Source of the DNA: Candidatus Pacearchaeota archaeon
GTDB lineage: Archaea; Nanobdellota; Nanobdellia; Pacearchaeales; GW2011-AR1
Assembly (NCBI GenBank): GCA_018303855.1
Contig: JAGVXI010000012.1
Span: 2,403-66,402, forward strand
DNA length: 64,000 nucleotides
Direction of reading: 5' to 3'
The notes under the pieces are model-generated. The model had not been told where the DNA came from, did no database searches, and was given only the letters and a program-made list of their open reading frames with translations. Both the position numbers and the translations under genes were made by a program. Below, in pieces: positions 52,070 to 60,743 of this stretch (positions are counted from its first letter, which is position 1; each line of letters begins with the position of its first letter).

Positions 52070-52663
52070 TTAACTGACTACATTAATATTGATTTTAATT
52101 GGAGTATCAGCAGGGGCTGATGGTTCTACACCATTATTTTCTAATTTTACTTTGTAGGGAATAGGAGCTTTTGTTATTGTTTTTGCTTCTACTTCTGAAT
52201 TGTCATACTGCAGGTTATATTTGTTTGTATAATCAAGAGTTAAGGTTACATCATAAACTTTGCTTCCTTTTTTTTCTGTAAGAATGTTAATATTCCCATC
52301 CTTAATTGTTCTTCCTGGCTCACTATACATGCTCTTACTTTCACTTAATGTAAAAATTATTGAATCAGAATTACTGTCAAATTTCAAATTTCCTTTTTTT
52401 ATTCCTATCTCAACTATCCTTGTATTTCCTTCTCCCCCTCTGGTAATCTCTGATACAACTGAATCAATATACCTCATAATCTCTATTGTTTGTTCAATTA
52501 CTGCCTGGTCCTGTACTTCTTGTATCTTTGGTTTAACAAATGCCAACGTTGTTCCGATTATAACCAGTCCAATTAGGGTGTAGATAACAGTTTCAACCCA
52601 AATCTGTGCAAGCTTATTCATAGCTTTAAAACCTCTTTTATATTTAATGCAAGAAGAACTCAT
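52070..52663 (-). CDS. Type IV pilin-like protein
   Basis: KLA|QIWVETVIY class III signal (Q+1, E+5); true start probably the later MNKLAQ. Confidence 0.82.
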   Translation of the reverse strand: MSSSCIKYKRGFKAMNKLAQIWVETVIYTLIGLVIIGTTLAFVKPKIQEVQDQAVIEQTIEIMRYIDSVVSEITRGGEGNTRIVEIGIKKGNLKFDSNSDSIIFTLSESKSMYSEPGRTIKDGNINILTEKKGSKVYDVTLTLDYTNKYNLQYDNSEVEAKTITKAPIPYKVKLENNGVEPSAPADTPIKININVVS

Positions 52664-52696
52664 TTAAATAATTAATTGTTTAGGTTAAATCAAGGC

Positions 52697-53341
52697 TTAA
52701 GAAACAATTATTCCTGCAGCGCATTTTCCTATCTCAGAAGCTATGTCAACAACCCCGCAGTCTTGTCCATCTATGAACGCAGAAAGTTTTACTGATTCTG
52801 GCACATCAGTGAAGCTGAAAAATGGCAGGCTAGTGTCGACAATATATGTTTTTCCAGCATTTTTTCCAGGAAGTTCAAGAGGATTCCCAAAGTTAGTTCC
52901 TGCCCCTGAATTTTTAATAAAAATGGCAGATTGTCCATCAATTAATTCAAATCCTTTTGAATTTCCTTTTGACATAATAGAAACTCCAAATTTCTCAACT
53001 TCTATATTTTCAACATTTATTGAAACCTGAGTCATATCATTATATGTTCCATCACTCTGGTTCTGCCAGCAGGTATAAACTTTGTTTAACTTTATTTTAT
53101 CAAAAATATCTGAACAAGTTCCTGCCTGTTCTAAATTTCCTTTAATCATCTGGTTTATTACTGTCCAAATTATCCCTATTGCTACAACAACCAAAGTGAT
53201 TAGAATTAAAACGCTAATAACTCCTGATAAACCTTTTTTATCACAAAGTCCTTGTGTGTTTTTGTTTGGACTTTGTGGGACAGAAAACAAAAGACAATTG
53301 CTATGCAATTTGTTTTCTGTATAAACTGTTTTTTTGCCCAT
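52697..53341 (-). CDS. Type IV pilin with unusually long leader
   Basis: KKG|LSGVISVLILI; leader from MGKKTV contains a double DNA hairpin. Confidence 0.82.
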   Translation of the reverse strand: MGKKTVYTENKLHSNCLLFSVPQSPNKNTQGLCDKKGLSGVISVLILITLVVVAIGIIWTVINQMIKGNLEQAGTCSDIFDKIKLNKVYTCWQNQSDGTYNDMTQVSINVENIEVEKFGVSIMSKGNSKGFELIDGQSAIFIKNSGAGTNFGNPLELPGKNAGKTYIVDTSLPFFSFTDVPESVKLSAFIDGQDCGVVDIASEIGKCAAGIIVS

Positions 53342-53342
53342 T

Positions 53343-53819
53343 TTACAACTCTTTTTCAACACCTGTTCGAGCATCGCAAACATAAGCAGTTTTTCCGTCT
53401 TCAGAACTTCCTAATAAAACAGGAATTATTAAAATCCTGTTAGCGTCTGTAAGTACCAGAGATATATCATCAGATGTCCAGCTTCCGCCTTGCCTTAATC
53501 CTCCTGCAGGCCAACTACTATCCAAATCTCTTATATCCTGCTCAGAATAATCCCCTCCCTCGTAAATTCTTATTTTTAATCCATAAAGAGGGGTATTTCC
53601 GTTAACTATACTCAACTTTCCGTTTGTATAAGTTACAGTAAAGCTTATGTCATCTTCGCAAACAAGTGCTATATTCTTTTCAAATTTTGTAACTGGTGTT
53701 TTAATTGTCATTCTAAACCATAAGAAAATGATCAATGCAATTGCCACAACTATTGCAATCAACAAAACAGTTGCAATAACAGGCGAAAGTCCCCTTTTCT
53801 TATTTATTCTTTTAAGCAT
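53343..53819 (-). CDS. Archaeal type IV pilin
   Basis: KRG|LSPVIATVLLIAI canonical archaeal pilin N-terminus. Confidence 0.9.
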   Translation of the reverse strand: MLKRINKKRGLSPVIATVLLIAIVVAIALIIFLWFRMTIKTPVTKFEKNIALVCEDDISFTVTYTNGKLSIVNGNTPLYGLKIRIYEGGDYSEQDIRDLDSSWPAGGLRQGGSWTSDDISLVLTDANRILIIPVLLGSSEDGKTAYVCDARTGVEKEL

Positions 53820-53966
53820 TTTTATCTTTTTGTTAATATTTAAATCTGATTTATATTTATTAATCTTAATCTGTTTATGATGGTTAATCTGGTATTAGGC
53901 TTTTTACAATTAAAACTTTTTTGATTTTATTCTATTATATCAAGTTTACTTAGTTTTAAAATCTTT

Positions 53967-54503
53967 TTATATTGTAGCGCAGGTTATTTCTTCTTTTATT
54001 TTTCCTTCATCACAAGAAACAATCCTCTCAACTCTTTTTTCATCTATCTGGACTTTTGCTGGAATAATCTCAATTGAATGGATTGTTTGTGGGGCACCAG
54101 TTTCATCTACAACAAGAGCCATATTTATCTCTTTTTCTGCAGATTCTCTACCTGGTTTTAACAAACCTCCTCCAAATGAAACATATCCTGGATTTTGAGG
54201 TTGTACTATATTAACTAAATCAAAAGTTGCTGTTTCTTGATTAGGCTCAATTGTTGCTCTAATAAAATAACCATCAATATCGAATCTCCCGTTATTTTTT
54301 AGTTTGAAGATTAATTGATTCCCACTGCATTCAATCTGCGTCAGCATTAAAGAAGTTCCTTCAGGGCATTTTTGCATTCCTTCTCGTGGAATATTGACTT
54401 TTAAAAATTGATAGACTATTAAACTCATAACAACAGCAATGCTGATTAGTAGTATATAACTAATCATAATGCTTATCCCTTTTTTATTTTTCCTATTTAT
54501 CAT
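53967..54503 (-). CDS. Type IV pilin-like protein
   Basis: KKG|ISIMISYILLI. Confidence 0.85.
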   Translation of the reverse strand: MINRKNKKGISIMISYILLISIAVVMSLIVYQFLKVNIPREGMQKCPEGTSLMLTQIECSGNQLIFKLKNNGRFDIDGYFIRATIEPNQETATFDLVNIVQPQNPGYVSFGGGLLKPGRESAEKEINMALVVDETGAPQTIHSIEIIPAKVQIDEKRVERIVSCDEGKIKEEITCATI

Positions 54504-54652
54504 TGTTGATTTTTTGTTAGCTTTTATAAGGTATTTTTTATTTTCAAACCTTTAACTATAATTAATTTAATTTATATTACCAGCACCTGCTTTAATTGTT
54601 AACACTTGCTGGCTATTTAATCTTTCTTGATTTGGTTATGTTTTTTAATTTC

Positions 54653-55183
54653 TTAGCTTTTAGCAATGTATGTTTCTTCTCCAATATTCTGCAATATTAC
54701 AAAATAAAAGTTTTCACCAGGTTTTAAATTGAATTGATAGTCCACTTCTTTACCAGTCTGTTCATTTTCTATTTTTATAATAATATCAGTTTCTCCCCCA
54801 ACAGAAATTGTCTTTTTTTTATATGCATCTCCTTCTATTTTGATTTTTGGACTTCCTTCTCCAAGTGTTATGCTTATGCCCCCTAAAATAATTTCTTCAA
54901 ATGTTGCAATAGTTATTGTATCGGTATTTCCATAAGCAAAATACAAGTTTCTCCCCTCTTCTTTAGAATATTTATGGTAAAGCGTCGTGAAGTCTTCAAT
55001 TTTATTGTCATCACTGAATGTTCCATATTCCAAAACTTTTCCGCCTTCAAAACCCAACTCATCTTTCAAATTATAAATTTTAACATCAGATTTTCTTACA
55101 TAATTTTGCACAATAGCAAACCCAAGAATAATCGCAATAATCACAATTGCTGCTATAAGGTAAAACTGCCCCTTTTTTTGCAT
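54653..55183 (-). CDS. Type IV pilin-like protein
   Basis: KKG|QFYLIAAIVII. Confidence 0.82.
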   Translation of the reverse strand: MQKKGQFYLIAAIVIIAIILGFAIVQNYVRKSDVKIYNLKDELGFEGGKVLEYGTFSDDNKIEDFTTLYHKYSKEEGRNLYFAYGNTDTITIATFEEIILGGISITLGEGSPKIKIEGDAYKKKTISVGGETDIIIKIENEQTGKEVDYQFNLKPGENFYFVILQNIGEETYIAKS

Positions 55184-55304
55184 GATATACTTAACAAATC
55201 ACTTTTTATAAATCTTATCAATAACCAACTCTGTGCTAGCGCCGACGATAAAATAAATCATCAATGTTAAAAAATCTCAAAACTTCGGGACTTTTACTTG
55301 AAAA

Positions 55305-55563
55305 GTAGACCCGAAGGCTAGCCTCAAGATTATTAAAAAGCTTCCCTCATTCTTTCTCAGCTCTGCGACCCACCAAGCATCTTGACAAATGTTTAGGGCT
55401 GCTCCGATCAAAGTCTGACCCGTTTCGCATCTGCAAGATCGAAGTGGACAGAACCTCAACGTCCGAACAAGGACTTTTTAATCCACTTGTCACATACCTT
55501 CTTGCAGTCTGCCGTAAAGCCCGTTTGCAAACAGCGGAGGGCTAACCCGCTAACCTGGTCTAC
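55305..55563 (-). ncRNA. ffs: Signal recognition particle (7S) RNA, divergent
   Basis: Helix 1 GUAGACC/GGUCUAC; Alu domain with UGU turn and complementary loops AGCCC/GGGCU; long helix 5; helix 8 GGGU-CAGA...AGCA-GCCC; TATA-like CTTAAAAA about 25 nt upstream. Confidence 0.8.
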
Positions 55564-55620
55564 ATATTTCATAGAGGAAAATAGGTTTTTAAGATTATTG
55601 TTTTGGGGGAGTGTTAGGAA

Positions 55621-56850
55621 TTAGGGAGTTATCGTCATTTTCTCCTCTCCTGTTAAGTCACGGGAGTTTTGATGTTTAATTGATTGTAAAAGCATAGTTT
55701 CCCAAGCATTCCCGTTTATTCCAACTCCAACCTTATCCGCAGGAGTTAAGCCCTGTCTTGCGTTCTTTCTTACGAAGTTATGGAATACCTTAAAGCCATC
55801 TTGATATTCTTGAACGTTTGTTATTCCACGCCTTACTTTCTGAAACTCTTTTTGGTGTGAGTGATGGCTTTCTATCGCATTATTGTTTATTTCTTTCCTA
55901 TGCCCTTTAATTGATGTAAATTTAACCTTTCTTTCATTACCCCAATTTCTAAATGTCTTTCTAACTCCGTCTTGATAACCAGCATAACCATCAACTATAA
56001 TCTGAAATGGGATTTTTCCGTTTTGCTTATATGCTTCTTCCATAACTTTCTGTGCGTCTTTAGAACTTCTTGAACGCCCTGAACATTCAGACGCTAAAAG
56101 GAATTTACTTTTATTATCCATAACATTCCAAACATAATCAAAGTTTGTGTTCTGTTTATTTTTTCCACGCTTTGTTAAAACCAAAGTTTCGTCAGCGTTC
56201 CAAACTCCTTTTATTTGGGGTTGGATTGTCTTGCTGTATTTTTCCATAACTCTTGAAAATCTTAAAACCCATTCCCTTATTGTAACGTGGGAAATCTTTA
56301 GTCCATAGAACTGATTAAACTGATGGCTTATATCTCTATAAGACAAGCCCCTGTAATAACAATCCATAGCAAGACAAACGAGTTTAGTGTTTCCTTTGAT
56401 GTTCTTTATCGGGCTTAATACAAATCTCTTATGACAATTTCTACATTCATATCTTTGCTTTGTGCCTATCTTTGTTTTTCTTATTCCTGATTTCATTAGG
56501 TTTTCAGAGTTACATTCAGGGCATAAATCCTTTTGTGGTGTGTCTATGATTAACTCTATTTCTTGTTCTAATTCTGGTTTGACTTCATACTTCTGCTTTA
56601 TTCTTTGGAATAAAATTATTGCCTTTATGTGCTTACAATAAAGGTTTTTACCCTGACATCTTCTCTTAAAGTCCTCACATTCACAGGAATAAGCGTCTAT
56701 GTGGGTTACTCTATATTTCCTGTCTGAACTTTGAGAGGGAACTAAATAAGTAAATTCGTCAAGAGTTTCAGGGTTGCCTATCTCTAATATGGCTCTTGCC
56801 CTTTCTTCTCTTGTGTTTGAGAACTGCTTAATGTCTTGTGTGTTTTCCAT
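55621..56850 (-). CDS. IS6-family-like DDE transposase with N-terminal SWIM and Zn-ribbon domains
   Basis: SWIM CECED...CKH; CPEC...C..C; DDE triad WNADET, IVDG, NN.IE. Confidence 0.9.
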   Translation of the reverse strand: MENTQDIKQFSNTREERARAILEIGNPETLDEFTYLVPSQSSDRKYRVTHIDAYSCECEDFKRRCQGKNLYCKHIKAIILFQRIKQKYEVKPELEQEIELIIDTPQKDLCPECNSENLMKSGIRKTKIGTKQRYECRNCHKRFVLSPIKNIKGNTKLVCLAMDCYYRGLSYRDISHQFNQFYGLKISHVTIREWVLRFSRVMEKYSKTIQPQIKGVWNADETLVLTKRGKNKQNTNFDYVWNVMDNKSKFLLASECSGRSRSSKDAQKVMEEAYKQNGKIPFQIIVDGYAGYQDGVRKTFRNWGNERKVKFTSIKGHRKEINNNAIESHHSHQKEFQKVRRGITNVQEYQDGFKVFHNFVRKNARQGLTPADKVGVGINGNAWETMLLQSIKHQNSRDLTGEEKMTITP

Positions 56851-56949
56851 ATAATACTATAATACTGATAGTATTTAAACACTATGGTAGTTCAGTATTA
56901 TATAATACAGAACGTAAATGTTTATAAAGCGATAATACCATAATACTCT
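56851..56949. promoter_or_regulatory. Divergent promoter region with repeated ATAATAC boxes
   Basis: Several ATAATAC/GTATTAT copies including the perfect palindrome GTATTATATAATAC; TATA-like TTTAAA and TTTATAAA. Confidence 0.55.
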
Positions 56950-57087
56950 ATGGAAAGGAAGACAACAAGCATTAAGGTTAGTCCGCAGTTGTGGGAAGAT
57001 GTTAAGATATTCTGCATAAGGCAGAAGATAGATATTTCTGATTGGTTGGAGAAAATCATCAGGGAAAATTTGAAGAAATCTAAATAA
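56950..57087 (+). CDS. Ribbon-helix-helix (CopG/Arc-like) DNA-binding protein, 45 aa
   Basis: Hand translation MERKTTSIKVSPQLWEDVKIFCIRQKIDISDWLEKIIRENLKKSK: beta strand TTSIKV plus two helices. Confidence 0.8.
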   Translation: MERKTTSIKVSPQLWEDVKIFCIRQKIDISDWLEKIIRENLKKSK

Positions 57088-57352
57088 TTCTAAATTTTTA
57101 CCGAAAGTATTATAAGTATTACTTATATTATTAGTATTATTAATCATATTGATGTGATTAATATGTAAAGGTATAAAAATGAAAAAGTCATATTCTAATT
57201 ATGAAAAGAGGGGCGGAAAAAAAAGGCAGATTAAGTGCAACAATAAACCCTCAAACCCTCAAAAAATTCAACGAATACTGCGACAAAAATTCCATAAACA
57301 AATCTCAATTATTAGAGAAGCAAATAATAAAAATTCTGAAAGAGGTGGGACT

Positions 57353-59854
57353 ATGGCAAGAAAAATAAAAACCACTGAAGTTCTTTCATATAGGTTTATT
57401 CTCAATGAATTAGAAGCATTAGGTTGGAATATTAGCAATCCACTTTCCAATCCAGAGGGGCAAGTTTATACTCAAAGACAATGTTTAGACGATAAAAGAA
57501 TTCAAGAACAATTAAAAGGAATTCACCCTGAAAATGTTGTTAAACTTACTGAAAAAGAAGTTTATGTTATTGAAGCAAAAAAAGATAGGGAAATGGTTGA
57601 TAAAGCCATAGGGGAAGCAGAAAAAGATTACTCTGATAAAATAAATAAAAGTAGCAAAATAAAGGCAGTTATATGTTCAGGGGTGGGTGGAAATGAAATT
57701 GATGGGTATTTGGTTAAAAGTCAATTTTTAGAAAATGGGAAATGGAAAACTATTACAATAAATAAAAAAGAATTAACAGGGCTTGTTTCCCCCGAAATTG
57801 CTAAACTTCTTCTTGAACAGAAAAAGGCAGATATTGATGAAATACCTATTGATGAAAAATTATTTATGGAAACTGCCCAAAGAATAAATGCAATACTTCA
57901 TACTGGCGGAATAATAAGAGATTATAGGGCAAGAGTTATGGCTTGTTTATTATTGGCTTTATCAGAAGACGCAAAATTAAATCTAAATGAAAGCCCAGCA
58001 ATTTTAATAAATTCAATAAATGCAAGAGTTAATGCTGTTTTACAAAGAGAGGGGAAACCAAATTTTTACCAATATTTAGATATTGCATTGCCATCATCAA
58101 CAGAAAATCACGTTAAGTTTAAACAAGCATTGGTTTTAACAATTCAAGAATTACTTAACCTAAACATCCGTTCTGCTATGAACTCTGGAACAGATGTTCT
58201 TGGAAAGTTCTATGAGGCATTTTTAAAATATGGAAATGGGGCAAAAGAAATCGGGGTTGTTTTAACGCCAAGACATATAACCAAATTTTCAGCGGAAACT
58301 CTTGACATAAAAAAGAATGATTTAGTTTTAGATGTGGCTTGTGGAACGGGTGGTTTTCTTGTTTCCGCTTTTGATTATGTAAAAAAGAATTCAACCGAAG
58401 AAGAATTAAACATATTTAAGAAAAATAATATATTCGGAACAGAATTACTTGATGGTGTTGTTGCATTAGCTATTGTCAATATGATTTTTAGAGGAGATGG
58501 CAAAAACAATATTATGGGTGGAGATTGTTTCAAGTATTGGTATCACTTAATAAGAAAAAGAGATGGAACAAATACAGCCGATTTTATAGAAAATACAGAA
58601 AAGTATTATTATCCAGATAAAAAGAATAAAGATAAGAAAGAAGAAAGAATAAATCCAATAAGTAAAGTTTTAATGAACCCACCTTTTGCTTTAAAGACAA
58701 GTCAAGAAAAAGAGTATAAGTTTATTGAACACGCATTAAAGCAAATGAGAAAAGATGGTTTATTGTTTTCTGTTTTGCCAACGTCAAATATGGTTAAGGC
58801 AGGTGGTTATCTTAAATGGCGTAGAGATAGTTTGTTGAGGGAAAATACTCTTTTGGCAGTTATAACTTTCCCAAATGATTTGTTTTATCCGATTGGGGTT
58901 GAGAGTTGTGGGGTTTTTATTAAGAAAGGAAATCCACACCCAAAAGGACAAAAAGTTTTATGGGTTAAAATAAGAAATGATGGGTTTTTGAAAAGCAAAG
59001 GAAAGAGATTACCAAGCAATAAAATTAAAGATGAACTTGCAGAAGTAAAAGATTTAGTTAAAGATTTCCTAAAAAATCCAGAAACAAAGGTGGAAAATAA
59101 AAAAGAATTCCAAAAGGCGTGTGCGATAGATTTTGAGGATAAGAATTTGGAATTATTGCCAGAGGTTTATCTTGATGAGAAAAAACCAACAGATATAGAA
59201 TTAAAAAAGAGAATTGACAAAACAATAAGGGACGCAATTTCCTTAATGGTTAAGTTTGATACTTTCAAAGATTTCAAAATTAATGTGGATATATCGCAAG
59301 TTTTATCAAAACCAAAAAAAGTAAATAATACTAATTTTGTTGAAATCCCAATTACTGATTTATTTAAAACTCCTATTAAAACAGGACATTATCATAAAAG
59401 TAGTGCAACAGATGATGGACAAATTCCCCTTGTTTCTTGTGTTAGTGATAATGGGTGATTTGAAGCATTTATTGAAAGCCCAAATAAAATTAAGGTAAAA
59501 GACAAAAAGGGCAAGGAAAAAACAATAGAGATTAATCATAAAAATAATATAACAATCGCTTCTGATGGAACGCCTTTAACTTCCTTTTATCATTATTATG
59601 ATTTTACTGCAAAAGACAATGTGCTTATAGGTAAGCCAAAAGAAGATTATAGATTTACAACCTTACTTTTTATAACAACACAACTTAATGCTTTAAGGTG
59701 GCGTTTTTCTTATGGAAGAAAATGCTATGAAAATAAAGCCCACAAAGTAAAGATTTTCTTGCCAATGAAAGATAATAAGATAGATGAAGATTACATTGAA
59801 AATTTATTTAAGAATATAGAAAGTTGGGGAATTTTGGAGAAAATAATTGTTTAA
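57353..59854 (+). pseudogene. Type IIG-like restriction-modification fusion (nuclease + N6-MTase + specificity domain) with in-frame TGA at 59456-59458
   Basis: VIEAKK nuclease motif, DVACGTGGFL, NPPF; frame continues past TGA into ORF 59621-59854 (same frame); start placed at MARKIK after GAGGTG. Confidence 0.82.
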
Positions 59855-60048
59855 CTCCCGCCCCTTAACACCTTATTCATCTCCCGAAGACTTAACACTC
59901 CTTTGTTTTGGGTTTGGGGGTATAAGTTTGCGGGTTGATTAAATATATTATGGTAAGATGATTTACTGGCTTAAAATAAACGGTTATAACTTTTGAGTAT
60001 AGCGTAATATAGGCTAGATTATCTCAAGATTATTTTGTTTGTTTCACT

Positions 60049-60693
60049 TTACTTTTTTGTTAATGCAAAACCAAAAAGTATTATCACAAGCAACACACTC
60101 ATTGAAGCAAGCATCCACAATAAATAATCTTGTTTTTTTGCACTTTGTTTACCAGTTAAACCCTGTCCTGCTAAGCTCTCTGTTTCAGTATATTCACATC
60201 CAGAAGTTTCTATTGGCTTATTATACTCAACACTGCACATATTTTTATCATGGCACTGGCGCGTTCTTCCACCTTCACTACACTCGCTCCAATCAGAACA
60301 CTGCCAGTCAGCATAGCAAAACTCTGAACGGGAAAAAGCTATTGAAATACCAGAACCTATTGCCCGCAATATATTTTGGGTTTGATTCTGTTGAGTTTGG
60401 TTTTGTATTATTATAGAAGGGGTTGAATCACATGCATTACCAATGCCATCTAAATCAGCATCTTCTTGCCCAGGATTATAAGCTATTGGGCAATTGTCAA
60501 CATCGCTTCCAATTCCATCACCATCAGCATCATGAATAACCTGAGCATTAATTAGTGTTAAAAATAATAAAAAATAAAAAATTGAGGTGAAAATTAATAT
60601 TAATACTGGGGAGATAGCCAATTTAAAATTTAGGCTCTTAGTTAAAATTTTGATGCTTAAAGCATTAATTAATTTATTAAGTAAATCAATCAT
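60049..60693 (-). CDS. Membrane-anchored protein with thrombospondin type 3 Ca-binding repeat
   Basis: DADGDGIGSDVDNCP..YNPGQEDADLDGIGNACD; W.CS.WSEC....TR.C module; C-terminal TM. Confidence 0.85.
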   Translation of the reverse strand: MIDLLNKLINALSIKILTKSLNFKLAISPVLILIFTSIFYFLLFLTLINAQVIHDADGDGIGSDVDNCPIAYNPGQEDADLDGIGNACDSTPSIIIQNQTQQNQTQNILRAIGSGISIAFSRSEFCYADWQCSDWSECSEGGRTRQCHDKNMCSVEYNKPIETSGCEYTETESLAGQGLTGKQSAKKQDYLLWMLASMSVLLVIILFGFALTKK

Positions 60694-60743
60694 TTTCTTG
60701 ACTAAACTTGAAATTATTTAAAGATTATTATGCTGAGAAATAT

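Larger units (their letters stand above)
55608..59902. mobile_element. IS6-like cargo transposon (transposase + RHH + type IIG R-M)
   Basis: Imperfect TIRs GGAGTGTTA.../...TAACACTCC (18/24 match); flanking direct repeat TTGTTTTGGG at 55598-55607 and 59903-59912. Confidence 0.85.

Noticed and set aside
55277-55459. 60-aa ORF
   Set aside because: Lies within the SRP RNA structure.
56875-57147. 90-aa minus-strand ORF
   Set aside because: Antisense to the better-supported 45-aa RHH gene.
59456-59458. Genome-wide TGA recoding or selenocysteine
   Set aside because: TGA ends conserved genes (rnj, rad50, archease) at the expected positions; no other internal TGA seen in core genes.
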